Positions 36,652-47,873 of a stretch of DNA of 64,000 nucleotides are shown here, piece by piece. The stretch's first letter is position 1; each line of letters opens with the position of its first letter. Below the pieces are notes generated by a model. The model worked only from the letters and a program-made list of their open reading frames with translations. It was not told where the DNA came from and did no database searches. Source of the stretch: Verrucomicrobiota bacterium (lineage in GTDB: Bacteria > Verrucomicrobiota > Verrucomicrobiia > Limisphaerales > UBA9464); the NCBI GenBank assembly GCA_016871615.1, contig VHCX01000005.1, positions 21,868 to 85,867 of the forward strand. The letters are read 5' to 3'. The translations under genes and the position numbers were made by a program.

Positions 36652-37816
36652 GGGGTGAGGGAACCGGGGATGCGGTCGGCGTGGAGAGACCAATGGTCGA
36701 CCAGTTCTCGGACCACCCGGCTGCCGACCCGATGGGCGGCCTCGAGGCTGGGAAGGTAGGCCGAGAACTTGCCGCTGTTCTCCTCGACGAGGTTCTCGGC
36801 GGCGGTCCGTCCGGGCGGCTGCATGTCGAAATTGCTGGCCGTGCGCAACACCAGCACGCGCCGGAGGTCCACGCTGCCATCCTGGCCGAGGAAGGTCAGG
36901 GCCTGCAGCGTGCCGCTGTCCTCCATGGCCGTGGTGACGTAGTTGCCGCGTCCCCCGGTCCAGTAGCGGGTCCAGTCGTTGGCCCACTGGTTCATGAGGC
37001 GACCGTGCCAGAAGGTCGAGGCGCTCAGGTTGTCGCCCTTCAGGACCGAGGGCGACAGGCGGGCCTTGGGATGCCCGGTGTACCGCATGCGGTTCTGGAT
37101 CATCACGTCGGTCTCCGGCAGCGGCGTGTCCCGGGTGAGCCGGTAGGCCCAGTCCACCAGGCCGGGGTCGAGGGTGAACAGCACCTCGCCCACGCGGTTC
37201 CTGCGGGGCTCCTCATAGGGCCGGGACTGGCTCAGGGGCACGTACCCGGTGGGCCAGTCGGCGGGCATCTCCCGCGGGTCGATCTCGTGGGCGAGGTCGC
37301 CGTCGACGACATGCTCGGCCCAGGCGGCGCTGCCGAGGGTGCCGTCGGCCGGGTCGATGCCGGCGATGCCGGCGGTGATCCAGTAGGCCTTGCGGAAGTC
37401 GAAGCGCGGATCCCGAGCCAGCGCGGCGATGACGGCCGCCGACCGCGCGATGCCGCCGCCGGTGCAGACGCCCACGACCCCGTCGTCGCGGTAGCGCACC
37501 GGACGGAAGGTCCCCGGGACGGCCACCTTCCGCCCGAGCCGCTCCCGCTCGACCCAGAACTGGAACTCACCGGGCCGGTCCCCGGTGTCCTCAACTCACC
37601 GGGCCGGTCGCCGGTGTCCTCGCCGATCTCGAAGAGGGTCACGATGACCACCTTGACGGGCAGAGGCGAGGCGCGGCCCGGCAGCATGGGACCGGCGGCC
37701 GGGGTCCCGCGCCGGGTGGAACACCCCGCCACGAGCAGGGCGATCAGGAGCACCCGCACGATCGGCCGCAGGGAGACCGACGGCAGGATGAAATCGCAGG
37801 GAACCGGGGAGGTCAT
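36648..37816 (-). pseudogene. NUP-family 'purine nucleoside permease' lipoprotein, frame broken by a 29-bp tandem duplication
   Basis: The N-terminal piece 'MTSP...LLIALLVAGCS' (lipobox) '...VKVVIVTLFEIGEDTGDRPGE' is in one frame. The remainder, 'AVPGTFRPVRYRDDGVVGVCTGGG...WITAGIAGIDP...', is in ORF 36648..37526. The span is 1169 nt, and 1169-29=1140=3x380. Confidence 0.8.
37564..37621. repeat. Tandem direct duplication, 2 x 29 bp
   Basis: 37564-37592 is 'aactcaccgggccggtcCccggtgtcctc' and 37593-37621 is 'aactcaccgggccggtcGccggtgtcctc'. The single mismatch is synonymous on the coding strand (GGG versus GGC, Gly). Confidence 0.95.
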
Positions 37817-37932
37817 GGGGAGATCCGGGGTGGGGACGACAGGGGCCACTGCGGGGCGAAAAGGGGCGGCGACCCGAAGGTGCGCCGCCCCTGTGGAGCC
37901 CGGGTCCCGGCCATTGGCCGGGGCATTCGGGA

Positions 37933-40343
37933 TCAGAACCGGTACGCCACCCGCCCCTCGAGGCGGAAGGGCAGCTCGGCGATGATCGACTCGTTGCCGT
38001 AGACGCCGTTGGGGGCGCCCCAGTTCTTCTCGTCGGTGACGTTCAAGAGCATGATCCGCGCGTCCCAGTTCTGGCGGGCGTAGAACACCGTGAGGTCCAG
38101 CGTGTACTGTGGCGGGATGACGATGGAACCGACCGTGTTGTTCCAGATGTCGCCGGTGGCCACGAGGTTGGCGGTGACGCCGGCGCCGCAGTCGAGCTTG
38201 TACGTCGTGAGCAGGTTGAAGAGATGCTCGGGCATGCCCTGCCGGCGGATCGGACCCGGAGGTGCCGAGAAGAACCGGCTTCCCGGGGGCACCAGCGTGG
38301 TGTTGCCCACGTCGAAGCCGGCCGGGCTGGAATCGGCCTGGATGTACGAGTAGCCCAGCGTGGCGTAGAAGTTGCGGTTGGGCTTCCCGGGGGCACCAGC
38401 GTGGTGTTGCCCACGTCGAAGCCGGCCGGGCTGGAATCGGCCTGGATGTACGAGTAGCCCAGCGTGGCGTAGAAGTTGCGGTTGGGCTGGAGGTTGACCT
38501 CGAACTCGACGCCACGGGTGTCGATCTCCGAGAGCACCCGCGAGACGGTGTTGAGGTCCGAGCGGGTCTGCTGGAACACCGCGAGGTTCACGTAGCCATG
38601 GCCGTCGAGGAAACCACGCTTGGTGCCGACCTCGAAGAGCTCGGCCTCGGTGTGGAAGCCGCCCGAGGAGAACTTGGCATCCCCCTGGGTGGTGATGCCA
38701 CCGCCGTTGCCCACCGTGCCGGCGGGATTCTGGCTCCAGTTGTAGGTGGCATAGCCGCTCCAGGTCGGCTGGAACTTGTACACCGCGCTGGCGTTGGCGT
38801 TGAACATGCCGATGGTCGTGGTGTCGCCCGGGATCCAGCCGGCCGGATCCATGTAGTCGGCGAACATTACGTCCTCGCGCACGCCCGCCAGGAACGAGAA
38901 CTTGTCGGTGACCTTCCAGTCGTGCTGCCAGTAGGGGCCGATCTGCCAGTTCTTGCTGACGCCCGAGTCGCCGTTGACCGGCATGAAGTAGCGGTTCGGC
39001 CATCCAGGCACCGGGGCGAAGCGGCCCCCGGCCTTATAGTAGTCGGCGTTGTAAATGTTGATGAAGTTGCGGTCGCGGGTGATGTCCCATGCACCGGCCG
39101 GTTCGTTGAAGAAGTCGTTGTAGGCCTCCACCTGCTGGTAGCGAACGGAGATGCCGGTGTTGATGTTGTGCTTGTCGCCGGCGAAGCGGGCCTCGGTGCG
39201 GTTCTCCAGGGAGAGGCTGGGGTCGATGATCTCGGAGTAGTAGTACGAGGACATCGTCTCACGCCGGATGTAACGGAAGAAGGTGTTGTTCACGAACTCC
39301 CAGTCGCCCCCGGGTTTGATAGTTTGGACGACTTGGGCGTTGTAGCCGAAACCCTCAGAATCATCGCCGGGACGTAGCAAGCGAAGCCGGCGGTTGATCG
39401 GCACCTCGGGGCCGACCTGGATCTTGTTGACGGTCGGGAAGCCAGAGGTGACGTACTTCGAGTTCTGCGGATCGGACGGGAGGCCGGGGAAGTTGTTGGT
39501 GTTGATGCCCGTCTGGTAGAGCCCGTTGTTGATCAGGTTCATCGTGGGCCGATTGATACCAAAGTTCTCGGTATAATTGCCCCAAAGATACTCGTTGTTG
39601 AAGTCGAGGGTGTAGGTATCGCTGGCGACCCAAGTGATGGCCCCGTAGCCGGCCTGCGTGCGCCGGAAGCCGTCGTAATAGTAGCTGCCGGACTGCTCAC
39701 CGGAGTAGCTCAAGCGGTAGGCGAGATTGTCCTTGACCGGGCCGCCGACGTCGGCAGTCCAGCGGCGCTGGTCGTACATGCCGAAGGTGCCGATGATCTC
39801 GCCGTGGAAGCCGTCGAAGTAGGGCTTCTTCGACTGCATGTCGATGTAGCCGCCGACGTACTGGGAGGGGCCGTACACCACCGAGGCGGGGCCCTTGACG
39901 ATGTTGACCGACTCCACCGCGTTGAAGTTCACCGGCAGGCCGTTGCCATTGCTGGTGAGGCCCGAGCGCATGCCGTTGATGAAGGTGTCGGCGATCTGGC
40001 CGCGGATGTCCGGCGTGGTCGGGGCGCCGAAGTTCGAACGGGTGTAGGAGCTGCTGGTCAGCTTCGAGAAGTCGCGGACGTCGAAGATGTTGATCGCGTC
40101 GAGCTGCTCCCGGGAGATGATCGTCACGTTGCGCGGCGTGTCGATGACGCTGCGGTCGGTGCCATACACCGAGTTGACCGGCCTCACCGTGGGCATCACG
40201 GACTCCTCGAGCGGCACCGCCTCGATGAGGGTCTTGTCGAGGACGTTGGTCGTGCTCTGGGCCTGAGCGGTGTCCCGGGCACTGATCGCGAGGGCGGCGG
40301 CCGCCGCGATCGTGAGGCGATGGGTGTTCATTTTGTTCAGCAT
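37933..40343 (-). pseudogene. TonB-dependent outer-membrane receptor, frame broken by a 104-bp tandem duplication
   Basis: Signal peptide, plug domain ('DRSVIDTPRNVTIISREQLD', 'IRG') and a beta-barrel ending in the typical '...RLEGRVAYRF'. ORFs 38043..40343 and 37933..39003 both read 'NRNFYATLGYSYIQADSSPAGFDVGNTTLVPPGS'. The span is 2411 nt, and 2411-104=2307=3x769. GC content is visibly lower than in neighbouring genes. Confidence 0.88.
38277..38484. repeat. Tandem direct duplication, 2 x 104 bp (perfect)
   Basis: 38277-38380 and 38381-38484 match base for base. A 4-bp junction microhomology 'ggct' continues to 38488. Confidence 0.97.
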
Positions 40344-40435
40344 GGTGATTTTCGGCCATGGCCCCCCGGCCGATCAGGGGGATCGACCGCAGGATTTGGC
40401 GTTTTCAGACCGATGGTGGCGGGGGAGCAACGTCG

Positions 40436-42076
40436 ATGCCACCCTTGGCAGACAAGCTGCATCCGCCGCCGACCGGCGGACACGCTGCCGATCCCATGCC
40501 CTCCGACAAGCCAAAAACATCGCGATCCCGCCCGTCCCGCCCCCGTTCCCTCGCCGCGGGCGACCTGAAGGAGTGGCTCCGACGCCTCGAGGCCCCACGG
40601 GTGGACACGACCCGCCGACAGGCCCGGCTCAACCGCCCCATCCACGGCACGACCCTCTACGTGGCCTCCTGCTCGGTGGAGACCCGCCATGGCCCCTTCC
40701 GGGCGCACGTCTTCCAGGATCTCATCCACAAGGGCTACGTGATCGCCCTAGCCCATGGCGAACTCTCCGCGCGGCGGCCGCTCTACACCCGGATCCATTC
40801 CTCCTGCGTCACCAGCGAGACCCTGCGGGGCTGCGACTGCGACTGCGTGCAGCAGCTCGAGGGGGCCCTGGAGACCATCGCGCGCCGCGGGCATGGCATC
40901 CTCTTCTACCTCATGCAGGAGGGCCGCGGCGTGGGCTATGTCGCCAAGGCGCGCGACCGCATGATCGTGCAGGCCAGCCGGGACAAGGTATCGACCTTCG
41001 AGGCCTATGCCGCCATGGGCCTGCGCAAGGACTACAGGGATTACGAGGACGTGATGCACGCGGCCACGCTGCTCGGCCTCAAGACCTCGAGGTTCATCCT
41101 CCTGACCAACAACCCCGACAAGATCGAGGCGATGCGGGCGCAGGGCCTCAAGGTGGTGCGGGCCGAGCCGATCGAGTTCGAGCCCTCGCCCTTCAACCTC
41201 GCCTACCTCGCCTCCAAGGCCACCTCCGGCCACCGCCTGAACCGGCCGGGACAGACGCCGGTCAAGTCGATGCAGCCGCCCGAGCCGGTCGAGCCGGTCG
41301 AGCCGAAGGCCCTGGAGACGGCCCAGCGATTCATCCACACCGCGAGCTACTTCCTGCCGGTGAAGCCCGTGGACAGCGAGATCCTGATCACCGAGGCGCA
41401 GTTCCGGGCCAACAAGGACGGCATCGAGGCCCACATGACCGGCCACCGGCCGATCGTCAAGGACTGCTACCTGATCCGCGACAACCGGTTCATCGTCACC
41501 ATCGACTACGAGCGCTATCTCGAGCACCGCAGGGGCCGCGAGGGCGACCCGCTCGTGTCCCTCCTGAGCACGCCGTACTGGTTCCGGGTGCACGTGTATT
41601 TCGACATCGTCACCGGCCAGGAGTTCGTGGTGCTCACCCATGGCCGGCCGAAGATCTACGACCTGCCGGTGATCCGCCTGCAGAGCGAGTCGCTCTTCAA
41701 CCGGCTGCCGCTGACCAACACCGACAACCGCGACAAGTTCAAGCGCTCGGTGCGCGAGATCGTCCACTACGGGGTGGGCGCCATCTGCCTGCTCTACTTC
41801 GACGGCCGGGGCGCCGGCTTCGGGGCCCATGCGGTGGACCGGATGCTCACCGAGCGCGGCCAGGCGCTGTCCAGCGACGAGGCCTACCGGATGCTCGGCG
41901 TCGACTACGACAGCCGCGACTACGAGGCCTGCCTCATCCTCCTGCGGCACCACCTGCCGCACTCCCGGGTGCAGATGATCATGAACTCGCCTTCGAGCCT
42001 CATCCGGAAGCCGGAGTACGCGGCCGCCCTGAACCGCCACCGCATCGAGGTCGAGAAGTGGATCTTCCTCGAGTGA
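40436..42076 (+). CDS. Two-domain GTP cyclohydrolase II (RibA)-like protein: an N-terminal domain with the Zn-Cys triad plus a C-terminal degenerate copy
   Basis: Domain 1: '[19 protein letters not shown]', '[15 protein letters not shown]', 'DYRDY' and '[12 protein letters not shown]...G.KV'. Domain 2: '[16 protein letters not shown]', '[12 protein letters not shown]', 'DSRDY' and 'IMNSP'; it is collinear with domain 1 but lacks the three Cys. The start is uncertain (ATG 40358, 40436 or 40496). Confidence 0.75.
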   Translation: MPPLADKLHPPPTGGHAADPMPSDKPKTSRSRPSRPRSLAAGDLKEWLRRLEAPRVDTTRRQARLNRPIHGTTLYVASCSVETRHGPFRAHVFQDLIHKGYVIALAHGELSARRPLYTRIHSSCVTSETLRGCDCDCVQQLEGALETIARRGHGILFYLMQEGRGVGYVAKARDRMIVQASRDKVSTFEAYAAMGLRKDYRDYEDVMHAATLLGLKTSRFILLTNNPDKIEAMRAQGLKVVRAEPIEFEPSPFNLAYLASKATSGHRLNRPGQTPVKSMQPPEPVEPVEPKALETAQRFIHTASYFLPVKPVDSEILITEAQFRANKDGIEAHMTGHRPIVKDCYLIRDNRFIVTIDYERYLEHRRGREGDPLVSLLSTPYWFRVHVYFDIVTGQEFVVLTHGRPKIYDLPVIRLQSESLFNRLPLTNTDNRDKFKRSVREIVHYGVGAICLLYFDGRGAGFGAHAVDRMLTERGQALSSDEAYRMLGVDYDSRDYEACLILLRHHLPHSRVQMIMNSPSSLIRKPEYAAALNRHRIEVEKWIFLE

Positions 42077-42194
42077 AGGGCCGGACGGCCCCGGGTGCAC
42101 CGGCGACGGCGGCGACGGCAACCACGACAGCCGTCCCCGATCGGGGGAAGTTTTCCTTGATGCCCGGGTCGGCGCCTTGGGACCGTACCATCCC

Positions 42195-43808
<1,614 letters not shown>

Positions 43809-43922
43809 ACGCCGACCGGACAGCCGCCCACGGGCGCCCGTGACGGGGTCCGATCCGGACGGCGCGCCCAGGGAAGGTTCCGGATCCGGCGCACCGGATC
43901 CAGGTCTGCGGGCCTCCGGGCT

Positions 43923-44729
43923 TCAGAACCGGGTGTCCGGCTTCTTGAGGTTCAGCTCGCGGATCCAGATGTTGCGGTAGCGCACATCGTGGCCCTCGTT
44001 CTGCAGCTTGAGACCGCCGGGCGTGTCGGTGATGCCCTTGCCGCCGTCGTTGCCGCCGTCGATCCCGGAATTGGGGCCGCCCCAGACCTGCTGGATGGTC
44101 ACGTTGGTGTGGACCAGTTGGCCGTTGAAGTACACCGAGACCAGGGGCTTCTCGACGAGCTTGCCGTCCTTGAAGCGGGCGGCTCGGAAGGTGATGTCGT
44201 AGGCGTTCCACTTGCCGGTGCCGTTGTAGGCGTGGTAAGGCGAGGGCGTCTCGTTGATCACCGCGGCCATCCCGTGCGGGGTCTTGTCGCCGTCGAGCAC
44301 CTGGATCTCGTAGCGGTTCTGCAGGTACACGCCGCTGTTGCCGTTGGGCTTGGCCACCCGGAACTCCACATGCACGCGGCAGTCGCGAAACTCCTGGAGG
44401 GTGACCAGGTCGGACGTGCCGAACTTGCCCCCGTCACCCGCCCGGTCGTCGGTCATCATGACCGTGCCGCCGTCGACGGGATCGTCGACGATGGGCCACT
44501 TGACCGGCAGGGACGACTTGAAGCCCGGCCCCTTCCAGTAGGTCCACTTCGAGTGGAGCATCTCCTTGGATCCGTTGAAGAGCACCTGGGCCCCCTTCTC
44601 GGGCTTGGCCCCCACGCCGATGTGGGGCGATGGGGAGGCCGCACGGGCCGCGGGGAGGGCGGCGATCGAGACGGCGAGGGCGGCGGCGGCGGCGGCAGCA
44701 ACGGCAGCGAGGGGCTTCCGGGAGTTCAT
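43923..44729 (-). CDS. DUF1080 (3-keto-disaccharide hydrolase family) exported protein
   Basis: Signal peptide 'AAAAAAALAVSIAALPAARA'. 'LFNG...' 'F.D..V..EFR.......NSGVYL..RYE.QVLD' and 'L.LQ..G..V.YRNIWI.EL'. The start is ATG 44729, with 44753 as the alternative. Confidence 0.8.
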   Translation of the reverse strand: MNSRKPLAAVAAAAAAALAVSIAALPAARAASPSPHIGVGAKPEKGAQVLFNGSKEMLHSKWTYWKGPGFKSSLPVKWPIVDDPVDGGTVMMTDDRAGDGGKFGTSDLVTLQEFRDCRVHVEFRVAKPNGNSGVYLQNRYEIQVLDGDKTPHGMAAVINETPSPYHAYNGTGKWNAYDITFRAARFKDGKLVEKPLVSVYFNGQLVHTNVTIQQVWGGPNSGIDGGNDGGKGITDTPGGLKLQNEGHDVRYRNIWIRELNLKKPDTRF

Positions 44730-44890
44730 GTCGGGGAGGGGAGGCTGTGCCATCCAACATCCTTCGCCCGGCCGACAAGAGTCAACCGCCCGCTGGGCGG
44801 AAGTCCGCACCAGCGATCCAACGCCCGGGAAGGGCTTGCCGCCACGGCGCCTTGCGCCCCGCGCCGCCTTGCGGGCACCCTGCCGCCCGC

Positions 44891-45736
44891 ATGAGCGGGG
44901 AATTCTCCGATGCCGACCTGGTGCTGCTGGGACACGGTTCCACGCTGAACGCCGACTCGGCCGCAACCACCCACCAGCACGCCGCCGAGCTGCGCCGCCG
45001 GGGCGACTTCGCCCGGGTGCTCACCGGATTCTGGAAGGAACACCCGGCATTCTGCGGTGTGCTTCGCGGGGCCCACGGCCGGCGGGTGTTCGTGGTGCCG
45101 CTCTTCATCAGCGAGGGCTACTTCACCGAGGAGGTGATCCCCCGCGAGCTGGGCCTGGCCTCGCCGGGCCAGGGCGAATTTCCCCGGGTCCAGGACCGCG
45201 ACGGGCGCCGCCTGCACTACTGCGGGCCGGTGGGCACCCACCCGCGCATGGCCGAGGTGCTCGTCGCGCGTGCCCTCGAGGCGGTGGGAACCGGGCCCGG
45301 TGCGCCTTCGCCGGCCGACACCTCCCTCTTCGTCGCCGGCCACGGCACCGGAAACCACGAGAACTCGCGCCGGGCCATCGAGGACCAGGTGCTGCGCCTC
45401 CGGCAAGGGGGCCGGTACCGCGACGTGCACCCGGTCTTCATGGAGGAGGACCCGCGCATCGTCGACGCCCACGGGCTGGCCCGGACGCCGAACCTCGTGG
45501 TGGTGCCCTTCTTCATGAGCGACGGGCTGCACAGCCACGAGGACATCCCGGTCCTGCTGGGGGCCCCGCCCGGGGTCGTCCGGGAGCGTTTCCTGCGCGG
45601 CGAACCCACGTGGGTCAACCCCACCGAGCTGCACGGCCACCGGGTCTGGTACGGGCGCTGCGTCGGCAACGCGCCGCTGGTCGCCGACGTGGTGATGGAG
45701 CGCGTGCGGGAGAGCGCCGCGACGGCCCCATGGTGA
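44891..45736 (+). CDS. CbiX-type (long form) sirohydrochlorin chelatase family protein
   Basis: Two half-domains, each with the 'L(L/V)(L/A)GHG(S/T)' signature ('LVLLGHGSTLN' and 'LFVAGHGTGNHEN'), plus 'VVPLFISEG' and 'VVPFFMSDG'. Confidence 0.7.
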   Translation: MSGEFSDADLVLLGHGSTLNADSAATTHQHAAELRRRGDFARVLTGFWKEHPAFCGVLRGAHGRRVFVVPLFISEGYFTEEVIPRELGLASPGQGEFPRVQDRDGRRLHYCGPVGTHPRMAEVLVARALEAVGTGPGAPSPADTSLFVAGHGTGNHENSRRAIEDQVLRLRQGGRYRDVHPVFMEEDPRIVDAHGLARTPNLVVVPFFMSDGLHSHEDIPVLLGAPPGVVRERFLRGEPTWVNPTELHGHRVWYGRCVGNAPLVADVVMERVRESAATAPW

Positions 45737-45807
45737 GCCTGCGGCCGAAGACGCCTCCGAGGCTTGGCTTTTGCCCAGGCCCGCCGGTGGGCTACTGTGG
45801 TGGACCA

Positions 45808-46764
45808 ATGAAGCGGCTCCCGCGATCGATGTCGGCACTCCTCGCCACGATGGTGTCCCTGGCTTGGTTCCTGTCGGGTTGCGGGCCCGGTCCAGGCGCG
45901 CCGGCCGGCGGGACCGCCTCCGCCCCGGAGACGCCCCGCGAGTACGCGGTCACCGGCGTCGTGCGCCGCGTGGAGCCCGAGCGGCGGTCGGTGGTGGTCA
46001 AGCACGAGGAGATCCCGGGCTTCATGCCGGCCATGACCATGCCCTTCGACGTGAAGGACGCGAAGGAGCTCTCCGGGCTCAAGGCGGGCGACCGGATCGC
46101 CTTCCGCATGCTGGTCACGACCAACGACGGGTGGATTGACACCGTGCGCGTGGTCGGTTCCGACACCAACACCCCCGCTGCGGACGCCTCCCCGGTGCGC
46201 CTCACCTCGTCGGTCCCGCTGCTGGAGGCCGGGGCGGCGCTGCCCGACTACACGCTGACCAACGAGCTGGGGAAGGTCATCCGCCTGTCGGACTTCCAGG
46301 GCAAGGTGCTGGCCTTCACCTTCATCTTCACCCGGTGCCCCTACCCCGACTTCTGCCCGCGCATGACCGACCTCTTCGCCCGGGCGCAGAAGGCGCTGGC
46401 GGACCAGGCCGATGCGCCGAAGAACCTCAAGTTCCTTTCCATCTCCTTCGACCCGCAGAACGACACGCCCGACCTCCTGCGAGCCTACGCCGAGCGGTAC
46501 GCCTACGATCCCGGGCAATGGAGCCTCGCCACCGGGGCCTGGGACCAGCTCGAGCCGCTCACCGGGAACTTCGGGCTTCTCTTCGGCCGCGACGTGCCGC
46601 CGGAGAAGATGGAACACAACCTCCGCACGGTGGTGGTGCGCCCGTCGGGGCGGATCCACGCCATCCTGCCGAGCAACGAATGGGCGGTCGACGACCTGAT
46701 CCGGGAGATCCGGGCGGCGGCGGCCACGGCCGGGGACGCCCCGACGCCGGACCGGGGACGCTAG
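45808..46764 (+). CDS. SCO1/SenC copper chaperone lipoprotein with an N-terminal CusF-like metal-binding domain
   Basis: Lipobox 'FLSGC'. 'VKHEEIPGFMPAMTMPFDV' is a CusF-like Met-rich motif. The thioredoxin-fold part has 'FIFTRCPYPDFCP' (CxxxC) and 'SFDP..DTP..L..Y'. Confidence 0.82.
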   Translation: MKRLPRSMSALLATMVSLAWFLSGCGPGPGAPAGGTASAPETPREYAVTGVVRRVEPERRSVVVKHEEIPGFMPAMTMPFDVKDAKELSGLKAGDRIAFRMLVTTNDGWIDTVRVVGSDTNTPAADASPVRLTSSVPLLEAGAALPDYTLTNELGKVIRLSDFQGKVLAFTFIFTRCPYPDFCPRMTDLFARAQKALADQADAPKNLKFLSISFDPQNDTPDLLRAYAERYAYDPGQWSLATGAWDQLEPLTGNFGLLFGRDVPPEKMEHNLRTVVVRPSGRIHAILPSNEWAVDDLIREIRAAAATAGDAPTPDRGR

Positions 46765-46812
46765 GGCGGCGGCACCGGGGGGGCCCCCTCGGCCTGTTTA
46801 GCCGGGGAGGGC

Positions 46813-47700
46813 CTACTTCTTTCGCCCCAGCTTCCGGGCGGCCGGGGCCTTGAGGCGCTTGAACTCCTTCGTGAGGTTCGTGAGCGAGGCCTCCACGCCC
46901 ATGCGCTCGAGCGAGCTGGCGCCGACGAAGCCCACGGCGTCGGTATGCTGCATCACACGTTCGGCGTCGGCCGGCGTGTTGATGGGTCCGCCATGGCAGA
47001 GGAAGAAGATGTCCTTCCGCACGCGCGAGGCGGCGTCGATGATCTCCTGGGTGCGCTGGAGGGTGAACTCCCAGCTCACCACGGCCTTCTGCACCCCGAT
47101 GCTGCCGCCTACGGTGGTCCCGACATGGGCGATGATGGCGTCGGCCCCCGACTTGGCCATCTCGACGGCCTCCTCGGGCGACCCGACGTACACGATGGAG
47201 AAGAGGTCCATCTTCCGGGCCAGGGCGATCATCTCGTACTCCTTCGTCACGCTCATGCCGGTCTCCTCGAGCACGCCGCGGAAGTGGCCGTCGACGATGG
47301 TGTGGGTGGGGAAGTTGTTCACGCCGCTGAAGCCCATCTCCTTCACCTTGCCCAACCAGTGCCACATGCGGCGGCGCGGATCGGTGGCGTGCACGCCACA
47401 GATCACCGGCACCTCCTCGACGACGGGGAGCACCTCGTACTCGCCGATCTCCATGGCGATGGCGTTGGCGTCGCCGTAGGCCATCATGCCGCAGGTGGAA
47501 CCGTGACCCATCATGCGGAAGCGGCCGGAGTTGTAGATGATGATCAGGTCGGCCCCGCCCTTCTCGATGAACTTGGCACTGATGCCGGTGCCGGCGCCGG
47601 CGGCGATCACCGCGTCGCCCTTCTTGATGGTGTCCATCAGGCGCTCTCGGACTTCCTTGCGGGTGTAGGGGTTTCCTTTGCCGGTCCAGGGATTGGGCAT
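46813..47700 (-). CDS. PEP-hydrolase-like TIM-barrel protein (PF09370-type; C-terminal-domain homologue of Tm-1/UPF0261 partners)
   Basis: 'IAAGAGTGISAKF.EKGGADLIIIYNSGRFRM.G.GS', 'YGDANAI', 'GV.NFPT....DG.FR..LEETGM....E.EMIALA' and 'LCHGGPI..P.DA'. Confidence 0.8.
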   Translation of the reverse strand: MPNPWTGKGNPYTRKEVRERLMDTIKKGDAVIAAGAGTGISAKFIEKGGADLIIIYNSGRFRMMGHGSTCGMMAYGDANAIAMEIGEYEVLPVVEEVPVICGVHATDPRRRMWHWLGKVKEMGFSGVNNFPTHTIVDGHFRGVLEETGMSVTKEYEMIALARKMDLFSIVYVGSPEEAVEMAKSGADAIIAHVGTTVGGSIGVQKAVVSWEFTLQRTQEIIDAASRVRKDIFFLCHGGPINTPADAERVMQHTDAVGFVGASSLERMGVEASLTNLTKEFKRLKAPAARKLGRKK

Positions 47701-47873
47701 GGTCTGTCGGGATTGAAGATTGAACGGGAGCCAACGGAGCCATCGAAGCGGCCGGGCGTCAATCTCCCGCGCCCGAGCCTCGGGGTCGGGGGTGCCCGTC
47801 GCCACCTCGGACGGGATCGACAGGCCCACGACGGGCTCGCACCGGGATCCCGGATGGCCCATGATCCCGGCCG

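Noticed and set aside
40358-40435. ATG 40358 as the start of the GTP-cyclohydrolase-II-like gene
   Set aside because: It would leave only 14 bp between two divergent start codons (the TonB receptor ATG is at 40343). A later ATG (40436 or 40496) is more plausible, though this is not proven.
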